64,000 bases of DNA from a virus (taxonomy: Duplodnaviria; Caudoviricetes): the IMG/VR virus record IMGVR_UViG_3300028888_001547, positions 1 to 64,000 of that record. One strand, given 5' to 3'. The position numbers were made by a program, and so were the translations under genes. Of the stretch, positions 31,901-45,465 are shown piece by piece. The notes beneath the pieces are model-generated. The model did no database searches. It saw only the letters and a program-made list of their open reading frames with translations, and was not told where the DNA came from. How positions within the stretch are numbered: position 1 is the first letter of the stretch; every line of letters starts with the position of its first letter.

Positions 31901-34900
31901 ATCTAAAAAATATCTTGCAAATTGATCGAGGGTTTCGTCTGAGAATCTAAGAGCCTTTTTCCCAGGGAACATTTCACTCTCTCGCTCTATCAACAAATCG
32001 TGGGGTAAATTAAATATATTTTCTGTCGGCTCTCCTTTTCTTGAAACAAGCTCCAACACGTAATACGTCTTTTTGTCGGCCATTGTAGGAAGAACAATCA
32101 TGTTATTATTTGAAAGGAGCATTTTTGAAATAACATCTTCCATTGCGTTAATTCCGAAATAATCAACACCTTTCTTTAATTTTTCGTCCTCCATGCCAAC
32201 ATATACGTTTAATTTAAATTCTAAATTACCTTGTTTTCCGTTTGCGATGATTATTCTAGCTACATCTAGTATTTTAGAATTATGTGCATACGTTGTTTTT
32301 GTAAGATTGTTTACAAAGTCACCGTAATTTTTATTTATCCAGCGAGTTACATCAGAAATAAAATTATTTTCACCAACAGGATAAACAATTTTTCCGCCTG
32401 GGCCTGTCACCGATAACTCTCTTGACGAAGGGTGAATGTTATTATAGGCTATTGCCATTTTTTCCATCTCTCCGCCAAAACCTTCATATATTTCATCAAG
32501 CGGTTTAGGCTTACTCAGTTTATATATATTTAATCCAGCAACAGTTCTTCTTCCTACTTTAATTTGTGGAGTATGCGTAGAATTAAATACCGTATTTACA
32601 AAGAATGCGATATTTGCAGATTTATCTTTTGTAGCTTTTGCATCTTGCATTATTTCATCTACCGCAGCAAATAATTGATTTATACCAATTCCATCACCGT
32701 TCTATTTAGTATTTTTATTTTTACCTTTTGGTGTCGGAACATGCATCATTATATACTCCATCAACACATCTTCATCAAACGGTATAGACATATCGTTTAA
32801 TAAAGTGACAATCATTGGAAGTACCTCATCCAAGGCTGCTTCTTTTGCTTTAGAGTCACCATATTTTGCATTAGATATAATCTATCGAATTTGATCAAAA
32901 TTCTTCTTTATTACATTTTTTATATAATTCTTATCTATATGATAGAACTAATCATACTTTACTGCAGCAGAAGCGAAGAAATCAGTGGACCAATCTCTTG
33001 GCAACATTCTCTTTGCTTTAATACGATTATCGTTTATTATTTCTAACGCGCGTTCTTGGTCGTACTTCTGAGTTATTTTTTGCGATATAGTTGTTTCGAG
33101 ACCTGCAATTGCATCCAAATATTGTTTAGATTTTCCAATTTTTTTCCGGTCACTCTTCATCTAAATTTGAAGTACCTTTGTAAGGTGTTTGTTTACGGTA
33201 GAATAAATCTGAGTCTACAACTATATATCATTTCCTACAGAAGCTATATTTTTATATAATTCTGCAAAGAAAGCTTTTGTTTTTGCAAGCCTTTGTACTT
33301 CAGACATAAGCTCTTCAAAACTGTCAACCTCGTGTAATTCTTTAGTTATTCTCTGCCAAGCATCATCAAAAGATACATACATAGGAAGGCCAGTCTCTGC
33401 ATCTGTTTTTTGCTATAATTCCTTTTGACCTGTCTATTCATTATATACAAACTCAACATCTTTTATTTGAGTTAAAAATAGTTTTGCTCTATACGCAACA
33501 TTGTCCTTTTGGCTTATTATATAGTTGTCATACAACTAAGATAATTGAGAAATAGAATCGTCCGGTCTATTTTGTTGATTCATCTAATCTTCGCCATCCG
33601 TCACTTTCTTAACGTTTTGCTTTCTATTAGATCCAACAACACCGTATTGTTTTAATAACGCGTTTACCGTATTTATAAAAGCGGCAGGGTTTTCAACAAC
33701 ATCCTATATAAACGGGTTTTTCTTTCTTATATTTGCAATACGAATTCTAGTCAAATATTTTTCAAATGAGTCTTTATTTATCCTAGAAATATTTTCTGCT
33801 TTCTTTATATTCATAAAGTCAATAAACCCGTGTGCAATATTTTCAGCTACAGCATAGAATTGTTGATATGTAGAAATAGTCTTAAAATTGTCTATTTGTT
33901 CTTCTGTTGCCCCCTCTGCTTCAAATTTTTTATAAGCCTCACCGTTGTAAGCTCTTTGGAAATCTTCGAGAGACTCTTGATCTATGAGTTGGTTCTTATA
34001 ATTACCTTTAGCAATACCATCAAACAGAAGTTTTATCTAGTCTTTCTTTCCAAACTGTTTAATAAACTCTATAAATCTATTATATAATTTAATAGCCCAT
34101 CTAGAGAATATATTTTTGTTTGCAAGAGATTCTTCATATACTTCTAATGCTTTACAATATTCAGCAAAATCGTCAGCCAGCAATTCTTCTATTCTTCTTT
34201 TAGAAAAATCTTTATATTCTGGATGACGTTTTACATACTCCTCATATATCTATTGTCTCTTTCGTCTGGAATGTAACAGTAGGTTTACATAGTGAAATGC
34301 TTCATGATAATGTATAGCGGAACCTCCGTATTTAGGTAAGAAAAATGTACCTTCAATAACATCTGTAAGTACATTGTTCATTACTGTCATTACACCATAT
34401 ATAGTCTTATTTGATACTGACTTTAAAACTGCGTTGGTAACAATAACCTGAGCGTCGTTTAAACCAAGCGTATCTTTTATCCATTTTCTAGCTTTATTTG
34501 CATCAAGAACACCTTCTCCAGGCTCTTCTGAGAATACACCTTGGACAGTATACCCCTGTTCCTAAACAAGATTTATAATATCATCTACAGGCTCTGTCAT
34601 TACTATAGCTTTGCCATCTGGAAGAAGACTTGCAGTAAATAATGCCTACCCGGACGAAACAGAATCGTAATCAGAAGTAGAAGGAAGTTCAATATCTTCT
34701 TCTTTTAATTCTATTCCGTGCTTATCTTTTACATATTGTATGAAACGTTTTACAGAATCTTTCAGCCTTGATGTAATTTCTTCTTCTGAAGCTGGCTTTT
34801 CTATAGTACCCGCATCTATATCAAACAATGCATAAGCGTTTACTTCTCCAGATTCCTATGTTTCTGTAATATGTACAGTGTTTCCTATACGTTCAGAATC

Positions 34901-37900
34901 AAATTTACTAAGTCTAGATTGAATAGAAGATAATGTTGGAGTTTTATCGTTTTCAGGAGCTGACTATTTTTTAGATAACTTCTTCTTATTTTTAGCTTTC
35001 TATTCTGCTGTTTTAGCGGCGTTTTTAGCAGGAGTTTCTTGTTTTACACCATCACAATACACAAAAGGAGCATAGAATATAGAATCTCCAACACTTGTCA
35101 TCAATTTTTTAGTTCCAATCATCCAAGCAATCAAAGATACATTCTTATTGCTCATATCAGAATTGAATAAATCTGATTTTTTAAACGTAAGATCGTCTAT
35201 ACCTGCTATTTTATATTCCGTAGCTTTTGGATTTTTGATAAAATAATCACGCAACGATTCAAGAATACCCATATCAAGTTGTTCTGTCATAAGCTCCCAC
35301 GGTGTATTCCAGTGAAGATTATTGGCTATTGCAGCAATTACAATTCTTCTTTGAGTTTCATCCAAGAATATGCTATTTTCGCCATTTGATATATCGAATT
35401 CAGTACTTCTTGGTACTCCATTTATATCTTCAAGAGCTATAACAAGAGTGCCTTTTTCTTCGTTTATAAAGAACTGTTTCTTTGCAAAATGTTTAAATTT
35501 CTTTTCTTCTTTTCTTGTAACCCACGTACTCTTACCGTGATTTACAATAAGGCCGTTGCCTTCGTTCTCTTCGTTTCCTATAAGAGCTTCCTTTAATGCA
35601 GAAATATATTTTACAGAAATTCCAGCAAATACACTATCGTCTATTCTATCTGTTATCAAATAAAGAATAAATTCTGCTAACGACGGGACTGTATTTTCTT
35701 TTAACGTACCATCTGTATTAAATGTAAATTCAACGGAACTAGCATCTACATCTTCTGGAGTATCCTTGAATTTGCGTTCAGTTAACTGTATAGCTCTATC
35801 GTTACCGTTTACAGTTTCTGCAATAAAATATATTTTACCGGCTTTACCTCTACCTGCATGAGAATAATCTCCTTGAGAAAATAAATTTAACTTATCAATC
35901 TTCGGTTTAGTAGGCCTTCCGTTTGCGTCAAACGACGAGAAGGCTCGTTCACCGCGACCAACACCAAGACGAACTTCTTCTTTATTTATTTGTTCAGTAA
36001 GTTCTTCTAAATCAGAACTCATACCAAACCCACCGTCCAACAGACTTCTAAATACAGGATCGACACCGTCGTATTTATCGTTTATCTTTCCGTCAGATAT
36101 ACGTGGATTTAATGGACTACCTTGTTTATATTGGGTTGGATCTGCTTTTAATACATAGTTGCCATCTGCATCTTTGTCCAAAAGTGCATCTATAATTTGA
36201 TTTCTGGTATTACGAAGATTTGCAATCTGCGCTTCTATATTTTCATTAGAATGTACACTTCTACCACCAGATAAGAACGATCTTGTTATAAGATCTACTC
36301 TATTTTTAGTTTCTATATCGAGATCCTGATACCATTTATTTACAATAGTCTTTCCTTCATCGTCATATTTCAACGTAGCAGGATCTACACCTATATGATA
36401 TTGCAAATACGCATTTCTTCTAGATATAAAAGTTCCAAAGCTTACGTTTTCTGCATGTATGCCGGTTTCATCTTTTACCACATACTTTTTGCCAGAATAT
36501 TCAAATGAAGACCAGAACATCTAATCCATTTTGTTTCTGATGTCTCTTTCTCCATTCATATCATACCCTTTATACGTAGCGAGACCTGTTAAGAATGTAG
36601 CATATACATCTTCACCGTCTTGTAGTATTAAGGCTACAACAAGGTTATCTGGGTTTTTTACATCTACAACTTTTGTTTTATCTGCAGTTATTACAAAATA
36701 CTTATCTGCTTTATCAAACCACCCTGGAATAATTAATTTCTATGCTAACTCTGCAGGGGATTTTAATTTACCATTATTTTTAAAGATAATTGGAGTTACA
36801 GTATTATCTTCGTTTCTTATTCCAGCAATCCAATCTGGAGTTTTGTCTATTCTTGGATCGTATTTAAATGTTTGTCCAAGAAAATCCGTATATATTTGAT
36901 TTGGAGTAGAAACAAAACGTTCGTTATTTTCAAATACGTTTCCATCTGGGACAGCATCTGTGTTTTGATTTGCCAAATCAATAACAGCATCGGTATTTTC
37001 TCCAGCACTTGATTGTGCTTGATCAGAATCGTCCGTATTCTCTAAGTCTTCGTCATCTACTTCGTCAGTATTTTCTCTTTCTGATGAATCTTGCACACCA
37101 TCTGTATTTTCTTCAAGCATCCCTAATTTTTCTCTTAGTGCACGCTCGTCGTCACTCATTATAGTACGCTTCTTTTCCTTTTTACCATCTACAGCATCAG
37201 TGTTTTCACCTGCAAAATCTTGTATTGCATCTGTATTTTCAGCAGCGTAATCTATTATTTCATCAGTATTTTCTTTATTTGTAGGTTGCTGTTGGGCAGC
37301 GTTTGTGTTTTCTCCTTCAAACTACTGTATTACAGTATCGAAATCTTGATTTTGAACGTTTATGGCATCTGTATTGTTACCATCAGCCTATTCTCTTACT
37401 TCAGAAGGAGATGCTGTTTGCCTAAGATACTCTCTGTGATTTACACGTTTGAGTTCATCATCAAACTGCATTTCATAATCAAACAACAAATCTGCAGCTT
37501 CTTTCTGCATGGATTCAGCATCTACATCCACATTAGACACAGTATCGTCCTAATCCGTATGTTCGTGTAGGTGTTTTGTGTATTGTTCAGATAAATCTCT
37601 TAATTTCTTAAGTTTATCTGCCTGCTATTTATTATATTCAAAAACAATACCTTTATTTGTCAATGGTTTTTTACCATCCTTTTCGCGCTATTCGTTTGTT
37701 TGTTTTAAGAATAAATCTTGCTCTTCTTTTGGAAGTTGTTTCCAACTAAGTTGCGTAACAGATTCTAATGCAACACGAGGATCTATTTTTCCTTTTAATA
37801 TAGCATTCGCTACAGGTTCTATTGAATTGTATACAGATCTATTTAATATCATTCTTCGCTGAATTCTATTAAATTCGTCCTATGCCGGAAGCCTACCGTA

Positions 37901-40900
37901 TTGTTTTTCCAGTCGTTTTGCAACGTTCTAAACAAATGGGATTTTTTTCTAACCAGGTTTAGCCTTCTTATTTAATTCAGCAATAGCGTCGTTCATAACT
38001 TTTGACATGTCATCGTCAAACAGTTTTAACATTTCGCTTTCTGTTTTTTCTATAGATTTTATCATAGAACCGAGTCTTGACGTAGATACATCTATACCCA
38101 ATTCTTTTGATATTTCTTCAAGAAGCGTTTTTCTATCCTTTAATCTCTATAAAAGATCTTCACTGTTCAATACAAACCTACTGCTATACAGATGGTTTAA
38201 ATATTGCTCTACATATTCAAGATATGTATGTTCGTGTTCGGCATCATAATTATCAAGATCTTCTTTCGCTTTACTCAGCTACCAATCCTGCGCATTTTCA
38301 TTCTTTTGCAGACTGTCGTAAATATTCTACAATTTCTTTCTACCTGCAGATCTTCTATTTTTATAATCTTGATAAGAATTCCACATCATTTCCATTAAAG
38401 CGTCATATTCTGGATCCATTGCTTCACCAACTGGATTGTCTAAACGACGCATTATTTCACGATAGGTAGAATTTTTTATTTGATCTAATTCATGATTATC
38501 GTTTTCTATATATCTAGAGGCGTCTCTAAGTTGAGTAAGTTTTCTTGCACTCTATATAATAGCTTGCTTATGTTCTTTAGATCCTACAGATATTTCTTTT
38601 TCTTGTAAATACTTTTTGAATAACGGATGTTCTTGTATATAATACAGATTATTTAAAAGCTCTATGTCACGATCTATGTATTCGTCTGTAACCTAATTTC
38701 CTTTAAACGCTTTTAAATCTTCTACAGATTTTCTTAATCTATCTATAGATATACCGTGTTTTTGCAAAGCATCATAAAATATACCAAGATGCTTATCGTC
38801 CTAAGCTTGCCCATAATGTTCACCGATAAGAATGTCCATTACCTTGTCGTTTTTTATTTGAGCAAATAGGTTTCTAAGATTGTCTTTTCCGTTAGATGGA
38901 AATATATTTGATACTGCTTGAAAAGCGCCACCTCCCATCAACATACCTGTTATGCCACCAATCTGCATAGCTCGTCTAAGCTAATGCGATCCGTTGTCGG
39001 GATCTCCAGGCAACATTCCCATATATGCAGCCACAGCATCTGTTGCCAAATTAGTATCTTCGAGAATAGACGCCATTGGCAATAATGATTGTTCTTGGCT
39101 ATATTGATCATACAATCCTCTAGAATATCTACTTTGAAGTAATTCCTGTTGACCTTCTTCTATAGCCTCCAACGAACCTATATATCCAAGCTTTTTTCCA
39201 ACTCTTGTTAAATATTCTAAACTATGTTTTGCAGCAAGCTTATTTCCTATATTATTTAATCCGGAAGAACCAAGTTTACTTATCGTTCTATCAAACAAAG
39301 TTCTTGCTTGCTGTTGGTATGTCTGATCAGCAAGTTTGTTAACTGTACCTTTTCCAAAAGAACGTAAAAAAGATCCAGAATATCCTAAGAATGGCATTGC
39401 CTCTATATAATCCTTTACAGCAAGTGCCATGTTATCATTGTACACCTTCTTTAGTCCCTGTCTACCAGCTTCTTTTTCTTTTTCAAATACAGAATCTTCT
39501 GTATTTATATCATATGCAAGGGCATGCTAAACAAGATCAATATCTGTCATATTTGTAGGATCGATACCCATATCCTATAGATATTCTTTTGTCTTTTCAA
39601 GAACCTTCGGCATATCAGCGCCGCCTTGCATTGATTTTGTAAGTACTCTGGAAGACCACGCATCAATCACTTCAGAATTAGTTTCATGTTCTCTCATTCT
39701 ATTTATAAAGAACATGTTAGAAGCTGTTGTACCTAGTTTTAAACCTAAATCTGTTGTAGCAATTGCATTATTAGTAGATGATATTATTTTTTGAGCACGT
39801 TCTGCCGCTTTTGCTAATTTAGCGGCTTCTTCAATTTTTCCAGCAGCATTAAGCTTACGTAAATCATTAATAGTAGCGACGGCATTTACATATGGATTTC
39901 TTTTTATAGCAAACGTAGCAAGCCTACGAGCAAGTAATCCTGCTGCGGCATCAGAAGTCATCATTGCTCCCATGTTAACAAAATCACTGTATGACGAACC
40001 TGTTTCTGCAATGGAATATAATAATTGATCTGGTAACAATCCTCCAATTATACCAGCATCATTATTCTCAGAATAATATCTAAACTTCGGATTTATTTTT
40101 TGCGGATCAAAATACCAAGATCCGTTTTTATATTTGTTTGCTGTTTCTTTTTCTGCCTATACGCGCTCATCGTACTCTCTGTTCCAATAATTGCGCATAC
40201 TCTTAACCTTTGTCCTAAGCTCTTGAGTATTTCCTCCGTTTCCATTCAGGTTATCCCTATCGTAATCTTTAAACATTGGATCAGTCCAACGGTCATTCTC
40301 TAAACTATGCCGGATTGCTCGGCGCATATAATTTCCATCGGTACCACTATTAATAAGTCTGTTTATACCTTGCTAAACAGAACCAGCTATGTTTCCTATA
40401 GTGGACGAAAATTCTTCTAATCCTGTAATTGGATTATACCAAGCCCCCAGGTTGTGATCCGGACCAAAGTTTTCTGAAAACGCTTTAAAATACTCTTTAG
40501 ATTTAGCAGAATCTGTATCAAAGAAAAGTTGTGCATTTATGTCATTCTTTTTTCCAGTTGTCTTTATCTTCTCCTGGAAATCTGCAATGTTTTTTTCATT
40601 TTGCAAATATGCATCCTTAGCCTTCATGGCATTCTCTGTATCACCAGACTATATTGCTTTTTGATATTGATCAAGCAAACCAGATCTATTATCGAGCATT
40701 TGAGCGTACTTCTCAGCCTCATCCAAAATATTTAAGCTTTCTTTAGCTTCGTTTATTTGGTTGAGTCTGTTCGTCATTTCTGCTTGTAATCTCTTTTCCT
40801 ACCAAAGTCTATATGCATCTTTCACGCTTGCTGCATCCCAACGTTCTTTGGCGTTTTCATAATTACCAAATAAGAAATGCATAGGACCGGAGAATATAGA

Positions 40901-41134
40901 TTCTCCTCCTAACTCTTCTGCAGGAATTATTTTTCCTTCTTCTCCTACAGTAGGATAATATTCGTTTGCAATACCTGTATTAGAAAACGTAGAAACGTTT
41001 TGTGTTGTATAAGGTAATGCTTCGGAATAAGATGTACTTAAACCATAAGATCTGCGCAAGTTTTCCTCACGCAGATTTCTTCTTATGGCATCTCCCTATT
41101 GATATCTAGGGTTTATTCTGAACCTTTTGTCCAT
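25916..41134 (-). CDS. Giant virion RNA polymerase polyprotein (~5,072 aa, TAG recoded)
   Basis: All - strand fragments from 25916 to 41059 share one frame, and the gaps checked contain TAG but no TAA/TGA. Catalytic GSDFDVDK (29201-29215) with upstream YRIPTQ; zincin HEAFH (34292-34306) followed by EELLADDF. Confidence 0.85.
36955..37378 (-). repeat. Acidic linker in the RNAP polyprotein with ~10 copies of (E/Q/N)NT(D/N)
   Basis: NNTDA, ENTNA, ENTDE, ENTDA, ENTDA, ENTDG, ENTDE, ENTDD, ENTDA, QNTDA, encoded by varied synonymous codons. Confidence 0.8.
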
Positions 41135-41139
41135 AATCG

Positions 41140-43365
41140 TTATTGTAACATTTGAATAGCTAATTCTTCCAGGGTCATATCATCAATATAACTCTGATTT
41201 TCAGAGTTTATTATGTTTTTATCTGCGACACCCGCATTGAATTCAATAATATCAGAGAGAGCATTTATATCTCTAAAGTTCTAACCACCAAGATTTTCTA
41301 TAGTTCTTATAACAGGTACTTCGTAGTATGTATCAGAGCTATGTAGTTCATTATTTTTATCTCTATATGTAATCTTTTGGTCAACAGGTAATAGTCCTAA
41401 TTCTTTACACAAACTGTCAATATCTTTATATTTCTGTTTATCTGTATAACTTAAAGAATTGTAGAACTGTTGTATTTGGCTTCTAGTCATTAGTGGATGA
41501 GACAATATGTCGAGTTGTTTACCAACTCTAGTTGTACTTGGTATACCTGCAGCTTTTACGTCATTTTCATCTATAGAAATAGCCGTACGTCCTTGTAAGA
41601 ATCTATCAAACTTACTATGTATATCATTATGCTTAAATCTAGCATTACCAGATATACCAAGCTATCTTACTGGAGCATAATGATACCCACTACCAAATCG
41701 TACGTTGTAATATCCATTAGAAAGATCTGGATCTTTTATAGTATTATCAGCACCTACAAATTGTTGATGTAATACTTTATTTTGTATAGAACCAAGACCT
41801 TCTGCAGAAAATCCATCCCAGAAATCAGAAGCACGCTTCTTTGCATCTTTAACACTCATTTGGCCTCGTTTACCACCAGATGTACTCCATTCTGGAGAAC
41901 TAGACTTTGCCTTCATTATCATTTTCTGCATATCTTCCTGTTGGTAATTCTGCAAGAATGCTATTTCTTCTGGTGTCGCTTTGTCTCCTTTTTTGATTAT
42001 ATCTCGTATAACATGCACAACATATTTGCCATCTTCCGTTTTTCTAGTATCATATCTGCTTGGATAATAATTTCCGTGGTAGAAATTAGACCACCTACTC
42101 TTTTCGTATTGATATACATTATACGAAGAGTTCTGAGATTGATCATAAACGTTTTCCTTACCTTTTTCTGTTGTATGTACAGTCTTTGCGATACCTACAG
42201 AAGGACTTACACCGTACGGAGAAGGGGTTACGATTCCCTTTGCAACTTGTTTTTCAACATCTTTTTGTCCAACAACCTTTCCACGGTTCTCTACACTCTT
42301 TGCCATTTTATCCCAATAATCAATAATTGTGGCAAATGTATTACCAACAGATTCTCTACCAATTTGTTTTTGTTCAAAGTTTGCATTCATGTTCCTGTTT
42401 AATCTATCCATGAATGTAGTAGGAGCTTCAGTAGGATTATTCGGGTTTGTTTGTGCACTTCTACGTAGAGCAGCTATTTGCCTTGCTTGTTGATTTTTAA
42501 GTTCTTGTAAGTACAATTGATTTACAGATCTAGTAGGATTAATAAGATACTCCAAATTTGCTACAGCAACGTCTTTCTATAACTACTTTTCTATCTAATC
42601 TGCAGTAGGATTATCTATACCAGCCGCACTCAATTTATTCTTTGCCAACTATCTATAATAATCTGCATATATACTACCATTCCAGCCGGGAGTTTGTCCA
42701 GAAGCAATGTCAAGAAGATCTTTTGTAGTAAATCCTAAATAGTCGTATCTTGGATCATACTGCATTCCAAACGATTCAACTCCAGCTTTATCCAACATGT
42801 GAGCTGTTCTGTTATTATACCAAGATTCTGTAAGCTCTTTAAGCGTTTTTACTTCTGCTGGAGATGTTCTATCCCATATTCCATTTCCTAGAGTACTCCA
42901 ATTATCCAATGATCTCCCTTGATTAGCAAAATTCTCAAAATTAGGATCCCACTTACCAGTTGCTTCAAGAATGCCTCTGTTTTTTATATATTCTTTAGCG
43001 TTCTCAGCGCTTGTTCTGAGTTTAGCAACTTTACCAACATCAATACTATTGATCATCTGTGCAATAGCAGCACGGCCTTCAGCAGATCTAGTTAAATCGA
43101 TACCTTTAGAATACGCGTCATTAATGAAATTCCTAATTCTACCTGTAACATTGTTGTTATACCACTCTTGATCAGCAAGAATAGGAGTAATAAAATCACC
43201 GTACTCCTTCTTGAATTCCTTCATATCTTGAAGTCCTTGCTGATAATCCGCATAAACAGCATTAAAGTATTTGTCCTAAGCATCTAGGACCATTTTAGCC
43301 ATTGTTGGATCGAATATTTGCTGTCCTGTATATTCGATCGGCCTTTCATATCCTAAAAATGCCAT
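41140..43365 (-). CDS. Putative virion cargo/ejection protein (~741 aa, TAG recoded)
   Basis: Fragments 42649, 41662 and 41281 are in one frame; start MAFLGYERP; lies between the muzzle and RNAP genes. Confidence 0.75.
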
Positions 43366-43367
43366 AA

Positions 43368-45464
43368 TTATTTAAAATTTGAATTAAATGTATACGGTTG
43401 ATATGTATCATACCAAGGTATATAACTTGGAGTACTATAACGCATCAATGACGACGGAATATTATATTGCAAAGATGGTTGGTACAAAGAATTAGAAAAC
43501 ATCCGTGGAAGCGACGTATTTAATCTTGGAGCAATATATGGAGATGTTCCAATAGATGCTGTCGCTTTTGTAGATGGTGTTACAGCAGTTGGTGTATTGT
43601 TTCCGTTAAGCCAATTATTTAACCACTACTATTCAATATTTGTTTTTTTATCAATTAATTCCAACTCTTTTTCTTTAAACTTCTACGCCTACTTAAATTG
43701 ACTATAATCCATTTGATCTTTTACAAGATATGGTAAAGGTGCAAATCTATTCTTCCAATTATATGTATCTTTTAAATCCTTTGCACCAACAGCTCTTGCA
43801 TATCTATTAAGCTGATCAGTAGCAGTTTGTATACGCATATCTTCCGCATGAGCGTCAGTATTAGCTAATAGTTTTCTAGCAGTTTCTCTTCTTACTCTAT
43901 TGTGTTCGTCTATATTGAGTAGCTGCTTCATTTTTTCATTCAATCCGGTACGATCTGCAGAATCCATCAAAACAGCTCTTCCGCCCATACCGATACCAGG
44001 CATACGGCTAATTGCATATTTGTTTCTAGCAACTTCGTCGTCTATCATATTCATGTAAGGTCTAGAAGGAATCATGTCGCCTAATATAGCGTATGCCTAA
44101 TTTCTTGCAGAAGAATAATCCGGTGTTACGAGTGGTGCTTCTGCTGGACGATTTATATCCTTATTGTACTGTTGTGTGGCAGCTAGCATCTATGCTATGT
44201 TTGGCATAGCCATGAATGCTCTATCCCACCAGCCATCTTTAAGTCTAGGAAGTTTTCCGCATTTATATCCTTTTCCGTTTTTATATTTCATTTGCATATC
44301 ATTCATTGCTTCAAGCGCCACGGATTCATTTCCGCCATTTTTAATATAATCTGAAATTCCGCCTTTGTTTGTCCATACAATAGATCGCGGATCACTTATC
44401 ATTTCTCCAAGTAGCGTTCCTTTTCTTGCTACGTATTCGTCCTTATTATTCTTTTTACCTGGTACTTCTACCTTAAGTCCTCCTAGCTGTACAACTTCTC
44501 CTCCAGATAATCTAGCAACGCCTTTACCGCGCGAATATCCAGGGAGTTTTCCATTAGCCGCACCAAGACTACCAGATTTAGTTCTACCATAAAAACCCTA
44601 TTGTGCGTCTTTACTTTTAGCAATGGATTCTGACATACGTCCCTCCATTGTTGTAGCATCGGTAACATCTTGAGCAGCTTGCCTTGTTTCTTCTTCTGTA
44701 TCTCCGAATCCAGCAAGATATGCCAATCCTCCAAGAAGTGCTCCTGCTCCTGCTCCAATGGCTGTTCCTACTACTGGAAAAGAACTTCCGGCTGCCATTC
44801 CTGCCAATGCTCCAGCAGACATACCCGTTCCAATAGAAGACGCTGTAAAATTAAGGTTTCGGCTTGCACGCTAAGCTCTCGCATATTTGAGCTCATTTCC
44901 TAGATTTACACCACCATATTTAGTATACTGATTACCTAAGTCTGTTGTGTATATATTTTTAGTCAATGTATCGCGCATCTAACCAGCACTTCTATGGTCT
45001 TTGTTTGCAGCAAATTGCATACCCATATCAGCAAGACCATATGCTGTGCCTATACCAGCAGTAATACCTCCTAAAGAATTTAATCCAACTTTACTTGCTG
45101 CCTGTCCAACCCCTTTTTGTCCAATTGAATTTATATTTCTTATTACGTTAGAAACATCTCTTACTCCACTTGATGCCAAAGACGCTCCAAATCCAGAAGC
45201 CGCAGTATTCACAGCAGCATTTGCAGCTGGTACAAAACTCTTTAAATTTTTTAAAGTTTCTAAAGCAAACGATGAATTTATTTGAAGCTTATTTAGTGCA
45301 CTAGGAATAGTATTCTATCTAGTTGTCTATATCTCAGGATACAGATTCTATCCAGGTGTACTGCTCATCTATTGTCCTCCAATCCCGTAGTTGGGTTGGT
45401 AGCCTAAACTAGTAGGCATTCTTGTTCCCAGCCAATATCTGGGCAATTTATTTTTTCTTTTCAT
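43368..45464 (-). CDS. Putative cargo/ejection protein with glycine-zipper membrane segments (~698 aa, TAG recoded)
   Basis: Fragments 44979, 44598, 44190 and 43689 are in frame; AGALAGMAAGSSFPVVGTAIGAGAGALLGGLAYLAG. Confidence 0.75.
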
Positions 45465-45465
45465 A

